DNA of 38,598 bases from a virus (IMGVR_UViG_3300032212_000069:1-38598); one strand, 5' to 3'; shown: positions 1 to 8,265, counted from the stretch's first letter. The notes: generated by a model from the letters alone, not told the origin. A program made the numbers and translations.

Positions 1-134
1 CTCGCTGACCCATAACCCTGATTGGACGGGTAGTCAGTGAAGTTGATTAAATCTATAGCCTTCCCGTACTTTTTATCGTACTTGGCGCTATGTGGCTGCT
101 TTACATGCTTACGCTCTAGGGGTATAAAGCTCAT
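1..134 (-). CDS. 5' fragment of a structural gene running off the window edge (probably the N-terminus of the LamG-like gene whose 3' end is at 38393-38598)
   Basis: ATG at 134 directly after the TAA-TAG of the 169-aa gene; open to the edge (MSFIPLERKHVKQPHSAKYDKK...). Confidence 0.55.
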   Translation of the reverse strand, partial: MSFIPLERKHVKQPHSAKYDKKYGKAIDLINFTDYPSNQGYGSA

Positions 135-137
135 CTA

Positions 138-647
138 TTACGCCGATGTGTAAGTGATGCCGACAGAGTTAATTACGTTTCCTGTAGTCATGGCTGAGCC
201 TGTGTTGTTATGCAAAGCCAGAATAAAATGCTGTGGCATAATTCCACCAAAGGCCTGCGCAATTGATACCGGCCCCCAAATATAATCCTGAGTCGTATCG
301 GGTGCAGTCGCTTCAACGCTGACGCTTGTTAGGAATACAAAGTTTAACGGGGTAAAATCTGTATCCTCTGTCTCTGCCGATGCTGCCGCAAGGCTAGTAC
401 CTATACCACCTCCGTATGATGTGGTTACGTCTTTGTCATAACGGGCAGCAACGTAAATATCGAATGACTCACCTGCGGCGATAGTGGTTGCGGATGCTGC
501 AATCTCACCACCCACAAGCATATCAATATACAGGTTTGACGTGTTATCGACGTTGGCTGATGTAGCCCATGAGTCTGCGGCTAGTGATTCCCATGCGGTT
601 ACAGCAATAGCCGTGTCTGCTGAATATGCGATATTTGAAGTAGTCAT
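138..647 (-). CDS. putative virion structural protein
   Basis: Ala/Thr/Ser-rich, beta-strand-like sequence; tightly packed in the late operon after the portal. Confidence 0.5.
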   Translation of the reverse strand: MTTSNIAYSADTAIAVTAWESLAADSWATSANVDNTSNLYIDMLVGGEIAASATTIAAGESFDIYVAARYDKDVTTSYGGGIGTSLAAASAETEDTDFTPLNFVFLTSVSVEATAPDTTQDYIWGPVSIAQAFGGIMPQHFILALHNNTGSAMTTGNVINSVGITYTSA

Positions 648-648
648 A

Positions 649-1080
649 TTAACCTCGCGCCTTTCTTACTGTTGCTTCATAAACTTTACCTGCGCCGATT
701 TCCTGTGCGCGTGATACTGTCTCACTACCCATAGCAATAATTGTATCTGCTTCGGGTTGAGTGATTAGATTGGCTGCAACTAATGCACCGAGTCCTTGAG
801 CAAAAGGCTCGACCGATACATCAATATCTGTAATGTGTGGGTTTTCAAATAAAGAAAACACAGCTAAGACAGGTTTGCGTTTGGCTGCGCTTGCATCAGA
901 TTTGGCTTCAATGAAGTCACCCAATTTACCAATGCCGCCTAAGTATTTAAGTAGTTCTGATACCGCGACACGTTTAGTAATTGGACGGTTCACAGCGTTA
1001 ATAACTGTAACCACTTCGGCATCTGTCATGCCTGCGTAACCTAATCCTAATGGATCGTTTAATAGTTCATCTTTTAGCAT
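649..1080 (-). CDS. phage hypothetical protein (late operon)
   Basis: TAATG-coupled to the portal; N-terminal LKDELLNDPLGLGY. Confidence 0.6.
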   Translation of the reverse strand: MLKDELLNDPLGLGYAGMTDAEVVTVINAVNRPITKRVAVSELLKYLGGIGKLGDFIEAKSDASAAKRKPVLAVFSLFENPHITDIDVSVEPFAQGLGALVAANLITQPEADTIIAMGSETVSRAQEIGAGKVYEATVRKARG

Positions 1081-3332
1081 TATTCTTCCTCAACCTTTCC
1101 GGTCATTGTGTCGCCGTGTTTTTCTATGGTGATTGTTTTATTACCGCCCTTATCAACATGAACGTCTGCGTTTACATTAATTACGGGGGTTTGGTCTACA
1201 GGTTCTTCTTGAGGTTGGTTTGCGGAGATAATCATTTCTTTTTCTTTTATCGCTGCGTTTATCTCAAGCTCTCTTTCTGACAGGGCGAGTTTTCTTTCTT
1301 CAATTCCAATCTCGGCTCTGACTTTTAACTCGTTAGAGTCTGATTGCATTTGTGCTGTATCGCGTTTAACAATAAGCTCGGCTTCTTTCGTCTCAAGACC
1401 TGATTCAAGTTTCATTCTTTCCAGATCTAGTTTCATTTTCTCTATGCCGATCTTTTCTAGCTCAAGCTGCATTTTGGCTTGATCGCTTTGGGCTGACATT
1501 TGGGCTTTCTGTTGGTCAGCCTGTAGCTTCATTTGCGCTTCTTTTTCCTGCTGTTGGACTAACATCATTTCAGGAGAAGGGGGTTGTTGTGGTTTTTGAA
1601 CTTCTTTGGGGTTAGCAAAGAAAGATTCAACGCTGCCTAGATCTGTGGTGTCTACTAGCTTAGAAACAGATGAATAAAGTTTTTCATCAGGGACTAAATA
1701 CCCCTTGCCTGCTGCAACAAACTTCTCTTGAAGAGTCAGCATCATCATGGCTTGTTGGGTTTGTTTGTCCTTTTCTCCTGTACCAAGACCGACGTTAATG
1801 GTCATGTTGGTGCGGTGCTTCCATTCTGTAGGGGAAACTTCTACCCATTTGTTTCTTAACTTAATAGCTTTCTTTTTAGTGTTGTGGGTTAGTTCTAATT
1901 TATGTATGTCTAGGAAAAGACCCTTAATGCCTGTTTCTGCGAAGTTACGGGCGATCAATTTAATTCTTTCTTGTGATGCGCCCATTATTTGATCAATACC
2001 GTGAGCGGTCTTATTTAGGGTGTTAGCGTCTAATCCTTGGTTGTACTTTGTGATACCAGTGCGGTTTTCAAGCATTGAGTCAAGCTGTTGAACCATGCCA
2101 AAAGCACTTCCGGTAAACGGTTGGACGGGGAGAGGTAGCGCCATATTGGGCTGCTTCATTCTCACAATACCACCCGGGCGAGAAGTTAAGAGGTCGTCTA
2201 AGTTGACCTGCCCTTCTACAACGGCTGTGCGTACGTTGTTTTGGTGGTACATATTGTCTAGTAGTTGTCGGATGACAACTGACTTAACTCGTTGGGATTC
2301 CATTGATTGATCTGCCAATGAAACGCCTGTGAATTTGTGCGGCATGATCGTAGGAGTGATCGCCCTAAATGGGATTTCGTCAATAGGCTCGTTATCTAAA
2401 ATAACATTAGCGTTACCGCCTACTGTGACCTTTCTAAGCTCTGCTATGCCGTCTCCGTCGTAATCTGAACGGATGTAACACTCTGTTACCCAAACTTCTC
2501 TCATGGACTCGTCATGCGTGTCAGATCGGTGTGGGTACTCTTCATCGTGATCGTGACGAGCTAAATGCTCTTCATTAAACGAATAATCATCTTCGCCTAA
2601 CTGTTTAACAAGATCTTTATCAAAACCGTCTTCAATGAGGTCTGAAACAAAACGACGACGACGATGACCCACAAAAGGGGCTGTCTTAACATCAATTGAA
2701 TTGTGGCGGCGAGATATTAAAAATTCTTCTGGCGGGACGTTTTCAATCACTGTGCCTGCCATTGTTCGCTTAATGGCTACGTCAAAGACTTCAATCTCTG
2801 CTGTCTGCCCCTGTACGTCAACTTCTTCAATGCGAGGTGTGTGTTCGATGATTTCTACACCGTCCTCTTCTGCAAGCATAATTAGTTCGTCTTCTGAAAT
2901 ACCCTCGTATTCTTCCCGGGAAACAGATTTGGTTTCGTCCCAATAGGTTTTAACAATACCGTTCTTTTGCAAGAGAGCGTCTTTAAACCAGTTATACAGG
3001 ATTAAAAAGCCGTTGTTCTCTTTGTAGAAAACGTAGTTAATGGTATCGGTTTCTTGTTTGGCGGCTTCCTCGTCTTCCATTCCCTCTGGGGTGAACTCTG
3101 CGGCCTTATCAGATGAGGTGAAAATCTTTAAAAGAGAAGGAAGCATCCACTCAATTGTGTTGGATACGTCATGGGATATGTATTGAGAGCGACCTTCTAC
3201 CTCGTCACCAAAAGGCTCGCCGTGATAATACTCAAGCGCGGTCTTACGTTCTTCTGAAAGCTCACCCCCCATGTAACCAAGGGAATTGGTGATTTCCTGA
3301 TTTAGTATTGATTTAAACTCAGTATCGTTCAT
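1080..3332 (-). CDS. portal protein (P22-like podovirus type, long coiled-coil C-terminus)
   Basis: 750 aa directly after terL; ALEYYHGEPFGDEVEGRSQ, NWFKDALLQKNGIVK, IENVPPEEFLI motifs; Q/K/E-rich helical tail. Confidence 0.92.
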   Translation of the reverse strand: MNDTEFKSILNQEITNSLGYMGGELSEERKTALEYYHGEPFGDEVEGRSQYISHDVSNTIEWMLPSLLKIFTSSDKAAEFTPEGMEDEEAAKQETDTINYVFYKENNGFLILYNWFKDALLQKNGIVKTYWDETKSVSREEYEGISEDELIMLAEEDGVEIIEHTPRIEEVDVQGQTAEIEVFDVAIKRTMAGTVIENVPPEEFLISRRHNSIDVKTAPFVGHRRRRFVSDLIEDGFDKDLVKQLGEDDYSFNEEHLARHDHDEEYPHRSDTHDESMREVWVTECYIRSDYDGDGIAELRKVTVGGNANVILDNEPIDEIPFRAITPTIMPHKFTGVSLADQSMESQRVKSVVIRQLLDNMYHQNNVRTAVVEGQVNLDDLLTSRPGGIVRMKQPNMALPLPVQPFTGSAFGMVQQLDSMLENRTGITKYNQGLDANTLNKTAHGIDQIMGASQERIKLIARNFAETGIKGLFLDIHKLELTHNTKKKAIKLRNKWVEVSPTEWKHRTNMTINVGLGTGEKDKQTQQAMMMLTLQEKFVAAGKGYLVPDEKLYSSVSKLVDTTDLGSVESFFANPKEVQKPQQPPSPEMMLVQQQEKEAQMKLQADQQKAQMSAQSDQAKMQLELEKIGIEKMKLDLERMKLESGLETKEAELIVKRDTAQMQSDSNELKVRAEIGIEERKLALSERELEINAAIKEKEMIISANQPQEEPVDQTPVINVNADVHVDKGGNKTITIEKHGDTMTGKVEEE

Positions 3333-4723
3333 ACGATTCCCATAGGTGGATATTCAATCTTTCCTGAATAATTTGTTTGATAAGTGGGTGTTGAGGCATA
3401 GCGAAGCATCATTACGGCGTAACGAACTGCGGATATAACATCATCACGAACAGGTACAACTTTCCCGTTTTTGCGGTGGTACATTCTGAACTCTTCCCAA
3501 AAAGCGGCGAGATGAGGGGCGACTTTAAATCGGCCTGTTTGCATCCGGTTTAAAATATCCGCAATAGAGGCTTCGACTGAATTACCTCTGTCCCCTTCGT
3601 ATTTGGCGTGTTCAAAGACCATGTTCAGGCCTTCTGCTTTGTATAGGTCTGATACTTTTTTGCCTTCGTTTGTACCTCGCGCAGCCATGTTCCCATCGTG
3701 AGGCCACGCTACAGGGGTGTATTCACACATCGCTTTAATGCCAGAGGCGTGAACCGCTAAGGAAGGTGATTTTTCTCGATACTCTTCGTAAACGTGAACA
3801 ACGTCAGCGTCGGTGTCTAATGCGACCATCACGGCTGCTGTGGGGTGATCTCCCCAACCAAAGTCAATCCCGCAAATACGAGGCCAATGGTTAGGCATTT
3901 GAGATACACGGTCTGTTATTTGTTCTTCTGCGACAGGAAAAACACGACCCTCCCCTAACATGGGAATCCCTTTAGCCCGGGCTTCACGCTCATGTTCGGG
4001 GTATTGGGCTATGATCTTCTTTTTAATCTCGTCAGAGTAATGATCTACATCATCAATCGTCATCGAGATTATTTCGCGCTCGTCGTCTTCGTTATTCCAA
4101 AAACGCGCTACAACTGAACTCATGCCCTTAAGGGGGGTGAAGGTGATCATGACCCGACCAAACCCTTCATCGAAAGATTTATTAGTTCGGGTTATCCCTT
4201 CTGAATAAACATCGGCTGGGGGTTCTTCATCAAACCAAAGACCATTAATAGTCTCACCCTGCCACTTTTCTCGCCCTTTACCGTAGGACTTAAAATATAA
4301 ATGGGATGTACCACCGGATACGTGTTTGATGGAAATGTGATCGACTAAATCAGCCACACCTCTTGCCATTGATTTTTTACCAATGCACTCTTTAGGGATC
4401 GTACCTGTGCCTAACTCTCCGATCTCACCTAAAAGAAGTCGTTGCGGGTTGTCTCGCGTTGACTCACCCGACTCACCGGCTACCCACCACTTGTTAGGTT
4501 TGTTTATACGCGCACCCTGCCACCAATCAGGATAAAGACCCGTTAGGTGCATAGCAACCTCGTAAGCTCCCGCCCATGTTTTGCCTAATTGGTTTCCCGC
4601 CATAAAGAGGCGTTCACGTTTAGGGCAGTGATGGAACTCTTTTTGTTTTTCGTAAGGCGAGTAGAAGTGGAGTTTGAAGGTTTCTACTAATTCGTTGAGT
4701 TCTTCTAGTTCGGCTAATTCCAA
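3329..4723 (-). CDS. terL: terminase large subunit, P22 gp2-like
   Basis: Walker A AGNQLGKT, Walker B WFDEEPP, nuclease GIDFG and DDVISAVRYA; start placed at TTG 4723 behind AAGGAG (ORF track extends to 4816). Confidence 0.95.
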   Translation of the reverse strand: MELAELEELNELVETFKLHFYSPYEKQKEFHHCPKRERLFMAGNQLGKTWAGAYEVAMHLTGLYPDWWQGARINKPNKWWVAGESGESTRDNPQRLLLGEIGELGTGTIPKECIGKKSMARGVADLVDHISIKHVSGGTSHLYFKSYGKGREKWQGETINGLWFDEEPPADVYSEGITRTNKSFDEGFGRVMITFTPLKGMSSVVARFWNNEDDEREIISMTIDDVDHYSDEIKKKIIAQYPEHEREARAKGIPMLGEGRVFPVAEEQITDRVSQMPNHWPRICGIDFGWGDHPTAAVMVALDTDADVVHVYEEYREKSPSLAVHASGIKAMCEYTPVAWPHDGNMAARGTNEGKKVSDLYKAEGLNMVFEHAKYEGDRGNSVEASIADILNRMQTGRFKVAPHLAAFWEEFRMYHRKNGKVVPVRDDVISAVRYAVMMLRYASTPTYQTNYSGKIEYPPMGIV

Positions 4724-4747
4724 TGGGTCGCTCCTTAGAGTTCCAAG

Positions 4748-4760
4748 AATCAATGACTTA
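4748..4760 (+). promoter_or_regulatory. IHF consensus site
   Basis: AATCAATGACTTA matches WATCAANNNNTTR; identical to 5336-5348. Confidence 0.55.
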
Positions 4761-4799
4761 TAAATAGGGGAATATCGGGTATATCTGTACTGGCAGATG

Positions 4800-5252
4800 T
4801 TAGATTGATTTAGCAACCATCCTTAATAGATCTGCTTTATTTGGTATTGAGATATTTAAAGATGGGTTGTGATATTCGATGTTGAAGGCTTCAATAATCA
4901 ACATATCTTCCCTGCGGCATACGCGCCAAGAGACAGAATCAAACTTCTTCCCATCATGAACATGAGTCGCTAATCTTGCTGCTAAATGGCTTGTTTGACC
5001 TACATAGGCCACATGCCCTTTCTGCATAAGGAAATATACCGAGTTGAACTTATCCCACGGCACGGCTCTTTGTTTCATTTCTTGTGGGTGCTTAATCACT
5101 TCTTCTGAGAAATCCACGTAGCTCTGTAGCAAATCATCTTGATCTACTGGCTCTTTCAGGTTTCGGAATACTCTAGCTATGTCCGCTTCTTTTGTTTCCG
5201 TTTCTTGTGCCACAACAGATAAATCCATAAAGTGTTTCCCCCGTGGAGACAT
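4800..5252 (-). CDS. GIY-YIG nuclease-domain protein
   Basis: SVYFL...AYVGQT..LAARLATH...E...I...NPSLN fits the GIY-YIG pattern. Confidence 0.75.
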   Translation of the reverse strand: MSPRGKHFMDLSVVAQETETKEADIARVFRNLKEPVDQDDLLQSYVDFSEEVIKHPQEMKQRAVPWDKFNSVYFLMQKGHVAYVGQTSHLAARLATHVHDGKKFDSVSWRVCRREDMLIIEAFNIEYHNPSLNISIPNKADLLRMVAKSI

Positions 5253-5335
5253 GGCATTTTTATTTTTTAACTACCTGAAATATAAAGAAATAGTAAATTG
5301 GGCTTTTTCCAGAACCCGAAAATTTCAGAACCATA

Positions 5336-5539
5336 AATCAATGACTTAGAGATTTAAGGGGTGATTTGGGGGAATCTGGGGAAAAAAAATAATCTATGTT
5401 GGGTTGGGTGTATATAAATATATGTACCCGTATGGAACCAAAGTGAGGTATACGGGGGGTCTTTCCTACATAGAAATCAATAGTTTAGGACTAATGCGGG
5501 TAAGTATCCCGCCATAGTACCAATACAATCAATGGCTTA
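5336..5539 (+). promoter_or_regulatory. cluster of three IHF consensus sites with palindromes (candidate packaging/terminus or recombination site)
   Basis: WATCAANNNNTTR at 5336-5348, 5475-5487, 5527-5539; imperfect palindrome 5406-5429; GCGGG-N7-CCCGC at 5496-5512. Confidence 0.6.
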
Positions 5540-5559
5540 TGCTGTTTATCCCCTAATAT

Positions 5560-5979
5560 CTACCCTACGCCCTTCAATTTCTGCTGTAATTCTTTGACTC
5601 TTTCTGCCTGTTGGGCTGGTGTACGACTGTCTATAAGTTCTTGTTTTTCCGCATGTTTATCGCCTGCTCTGTCCATTAATGCGAGCGCTGCATCCTTTCT
5701 CACTGAAGCAGGGTTACTGTCATCAACCATTATCTCATTTAGTATTCTTTTGGCTACACTGGCGTCTGTCTGGTACTGTTTGCGTCTCTCTTTGCCTATG
5801 CCGTCAAGTATCTTAGGGTCTTGCAGTAGTTCGTGTGCTCTCTGGTATGCCGAGTCCTTGGCGTATCCTGCCCTTTCTGCTGCCTTAGTTCCGTTCTTTT
5901 CACCTATTGATACAAATTCACTGATAAAGGCTCTTTGCTTTGCCGTGAACCCGTCTTTGTCTTTAGGTTCTGCTGGCAT
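5560..5979 (-). CDS. terS: terminase small subunit
   Basis: FTAKQRAFISEF...NGTKAAERAGY...AHELLQDPKI is the Terminase_2-type HTH; upstream of terL. Confidence 0.88.
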   Translation of the reverse strand: MPAEPKDKDGFTAKQRAFISEFVSIGEKNGTKAAERAGYAKDSAYQRAHELLQDPKILDGIGKERRKQYQTDASVAKRILNEIMVDDSNPASVRKDAALALMDRAGDKHAEKQELIDSRTPAQQAERVKELQQKLKGVG

Positions 5980-6124
5980 TGTCTGTCCTCTTATCGGTTA
6001 ATTGTTTTAGTGCTTCTCTATACTTCTCTTTGGTCTTTTCGCAAGCTGTCATTGCCAAGTTCCATCTTATTGTTTCTTCTTCATGGCTTACCTGTGAAGG
6101 TCTACGTGCTGAGCCTTTACCCAT
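5963..6124 (-). CDS. small hypothetical protein, 53 aa (MGKGSARRPSQVSHEEETIRW...)
   Basis: Hand-translated; TAATG-coupled to the upstream peptide and overlapping the terS start. Confidence 0.6.
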   Translation of the reverse strand: MGKGSARRPSQVSHEEETIRWNLAMTACEKTKEKYREALKQLTDKRTDNASRT

Positions 6125-6177
6125 TAGTATTTAGGTGTCTTTGGTTTAGGGGCTTTGCGTTTCTTCTTCTTTGGCAT
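6124..6177 (-). CDS. 17-aa lysine-rich peptide MPKKKKRKAPKPKTPKY
   Basis: GAGGT Shine-Dalgarno before the ATG; stop overlaps the next start (TAATG). Confidence 0.5.
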   Translation of the reverse strand: MPKKKKRKAPKPKTPKY

Positions 6178-6231
6178 GATGACCTCATTAGTTTGGTTGA
6201 TAGTGATTATTGTAATTAATTGGAAATTGCC

Positions 6232-6260
6232 TTGTATTATCCGATAACTTCCATTATGCT
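6232..6260 (+). promoter_or_regulatory. sigma70-like promoter for the rightward small-gene cassette
   Basis: TTGTAT-17 bp-TATGCT with AT-rich upstream DNA, 33 bp before the first ORF. Confidence 0.6.
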
Positions 6261-6293
6261 GTATTTAACGTCAATCAATAAAGGTAAATAGTT

Positions 6294-6491
6294 ATGAATT
6301 ATTCTATTGTTTTGCATGATTTCTACTCGGAACATCAAAGTACCTGCTTAACAGATGCGTCTGAATTTGTCGCTAGATGCGGTATGAACCGTTTTATTTT
6401 TAATATGCAACATAAATGGGTATGGGACGTGCGTGGGCAAGATGGTTATGATGCCGACGGTGCTTGTGTTTTTATTCAGTTTAACACTTAG
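6294..6491 (+). CDS. hypothetical protein
   Basis: AAGGT SD; first gene of the cassette. Confidence 0.6.
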   Translation: MNYSIVLHDFYSEHQSTCLTDASEFVARCGMNRFIFNMQHKWVWDVRGQDGYDADGACVFIQFNT

Positions 6492-6497
6492 GCGTAA

Positions 6498-6656
6498 ATG
6501 ATCATGAAGAAAATAAAACTGTTTAATATGGCCGCTGCTGGTACTGGGCAGCCAACCTTTGACACCATTGATGAGGCTACCGCTTATGTTGGTAAAAATA
6601 ATGTAGTCCGCATTGATGGCGATGTTGTTTATTACTACATAGCGCCAACATTCTAA
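6498..6656 (+). CDS. hypothetical protein, 52 aa
   Basis: Hand-translated MIMKKIKLFNMAAAGTGQPTFDTIDEATAYVG...; fills the gap in the cassette. Confidence 0.55.
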   Translation: MIMKKIKLFNMAAAGTGQPTFDTIDEATAYVGKNNVVRIDGDVVYYYIAPTF

Positions 6657-6691
6657 CCACTATAGCCCCATAAGGGGCAAAGGATATTGAT

Positions 6692-6883
6692 ATGAAGCAA
6701 TTTATAGGTAAGACGTTAATCGGTAAAGATGCCATACAGGATGCTAGATTAAACTCTGGTCGTGTTATTGGTTGGACTTATGTTAGGGCAGATGATGAAG
6801 ATCCGCGCCGTGACACTTGGCTATATCTTTATAATGGCGTAGAAATAACAGATCCTAAAACAATCGCCAGCCTTTACGAGTGA
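6692..6883 (+). CDS. hypothetical protein
   Basis: AAGGA SD; co-oriented with the cassette. Confidence 0.6.
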   Translation: MKQFIGKTLIGKDAIQDARLNSGRVIGWTYVRADDEDPRRDTWLYLYNGVEITDPKTIASLYE

Positions 6884-6890
6884 TGTAGCT

Positions 6891-7037
6891 ATGCCTAAAC
6901 AACTCTGCATAGCAGATACAAAGTCTAAGCCTATTCCCTTCAAGGAACTGGCGAAACTGGCAAAAGCTGATGATCGTAACCTTTCAGACTATTGTCGATT
7001 AGTTCTTATTAACCATGTAAAGGAGAAAAATAAATGA
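6891..7037 (+). CDS. ribbon-helix-helix (Arc/CopG-like) DNA-binding protein, 48 aa
   Basis: Hand-translated ...FKELAKLAKADDRNLSDYCRLVLINHV; ATGA-coupled to the next ORF. Confidence 0.65.
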   Translation: MPKQLCIADTKSKPIPFKELAKLAKADDRNLSDYCRLVLINHVKEKNK

Positions 7038-7243
7038 TTAACTCTAACGTAAGCCAAGCGGATAAAGATGCTGGCGTTGTTGCCATCTCCGAAACTGTCT
7101 ACCCTTGCCCTATTTGCGGGAGAGATACAAACACATTCTACAAGAACCCCGTAGACGGTAAGCGCCACATTGTTTGTAGCTCAGAATGTGCAGATAATAT
7201 ACAAGCCGCTTTGGTTTTGCCGAATAGGTTCCTTAAAAGATAA
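7034..7243 (+). CDS. small zinc-binding protein
   Basis: CPICG...VCSSEC; AAGGAG SD. Confidence 0.65.
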   Translation: MINSNVSQADKDAGVVAISETVYPCPICGRDTNTFYKNPVDGKRHIVCSSECADNIQAALVLPNRFLKR

Positions 7244-7313
7244 ATAATCGCCCCCTCTACCTGCTGTAACAGGTAAAGAGAGCTAATCATAATCAATAAT
7301 TGGAGTATTAACT

Positions 7314-7655
7314 ATGACTACATCAAATGATAACACATACAATGGCTGGACAAATTATCCTACTTGGAACGTTAAGCTATGGATGGATAACGACCAAGGC
7401 TCTTACGAATACTGGCAAGAACGTGCAAACGATTGCTTTCAAGAGGCAGAACCTCAATACGAAGGCCAAACTAAACTTGATGACGCTATCTTTAATCTAG
7501 CCAGTGAAATTGAGTGCTACTACTCTGAGTATTACGGTGAAATCAGCGGCCTGTCCGAAAGTCCTTTTGGTGACTTGCTTGGATGGGCTTTAAATCAAGT
7601 TAACTACCGCGAGATTGCCGAAAATATGCTATCTGATCTTGATGAGGTGGCATAA
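7314..7655 (+). CDS. acidic phage protein (YNGWTNYxTWNVxLW type)
   Basis: GGAG SD; 22 Asp/Glu versus 4 Lys/Arg in 113 aa. Confidence 0.7.
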   Translation: MTTSNDNTYNGWTNYPTWNVKLWMDNDQGSYEYWQERANDCFQEAEPQYEGQTKLDDAIFNLASEIECYYSEYYGEISGLSESPFGDLLGWALNQVNYREIAENMLSDLDEVA

Positions 7656-7810
7656 TGTATAAATTAACCATTATCACTACATGGGGTCAAAAGATGGTGT
7701 CTTACTTTCAGACTCTTATTGCCGCTCAAATTCACGCTTCACGGTTTCATTGTGTTGACTGTTATCAAGTAGCTAGTCCAGACGGAAAGGTTATCTGGTT
7801 AGTTAAATAA
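7655..7810 (+). CDS. hypothetical protein, 51 aa
   Basis: GAGGT SD, TAATG coupling; MYKLTIITTWGQKMVSYF... Confidence 0.6.
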   Translation: MYKLTIITTWGQKMVSYFQTLIAAQIHASRFHCVDCYQVASPDGKVIWLVK

Positions 7811-7820
7811 GGGGGATATT

Positions 7821-8132
7821 ATGCCATTACAAAGACTTAAAAAAGGCCACGAATATATTATTACTACTGCTGGCGTATCTTCTGTTGATGCTTGTCGATT
7901 CAATGAATACGTGGGTAATATTTCGTTTACATTCTTTTACCATGTTGATGCTACAAATATGGTGACTGTATCGCATCGTGATAGCGGCAAAAGGATTGCT
8001 CAAGTTATGCGTGATGACTATAGGGTCAAAGAAAAAGACTACGCCAGAGATGCTGTATCCGATCTTGTGGCTAAATATGGCGCGGATAAGGTGCGCTGCA
8101 TCTTAACAAGCGCAAAGACTTTAGACTTATGA
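7821..8132 (+). CDS. hypothetical protein
   Basis: AAGGGGG SD; co-oriented with the cassette. Confidence 0.65.
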   Translation: MPLQRLKKGHEYIITTAGVSSVDACRFNEYVGNISFTFFYHVDATNMVTVSHRDSGKRIAQVMRDDYRVKEKDYARDAVSDLVAKYGADKVRCILTSAKTLDL

Positions 8133-8212
8133 ATAAATATATTGACCCGTCCTTATGGCCTGTCGTTGTATATGTTGTTGGGGCTATTTTATTAACCGAG
8201 CTTTTAGGATAG
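8129..8212 (+). CDS. 27-aa hydrophobic micropeptide
   Basis: MNKYIDPSLWPVVVYVVGAILLTELLG; ATGA-coupled. Confidence 0.45.
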   Translation: MNKYIDPSLWPVVVYVVGAILLTELLG

Positions 8213-8265
8213 CAACATTGCCAAGGATGGCATTCTATATTCCAGAATATGAAATAGGGGTTACT

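Noticed and set aside
484-2946. Plus-strand ORFs opposite the portal and neighbouring genes (likewise 5594-6001, 26160-26900 and similar)
   Set aside because: Antisense shadows of well-supported genes, without SDs or motifs
4724-4816. N-terminal extension of terL
   Set aside because: No SD at 4816; AAGGAG precedes TTG 4723 and the extension covers an IHF-like site
6663-7282. Hairpins GCCCC-ATAA-GGGGC (about 6665) and ACCTG-CTGTAA-CAGGT (about 7260) as terminators
   Set aside because: No U-tract on the coding strand; they may be stabilising or processing stems but support is too weak
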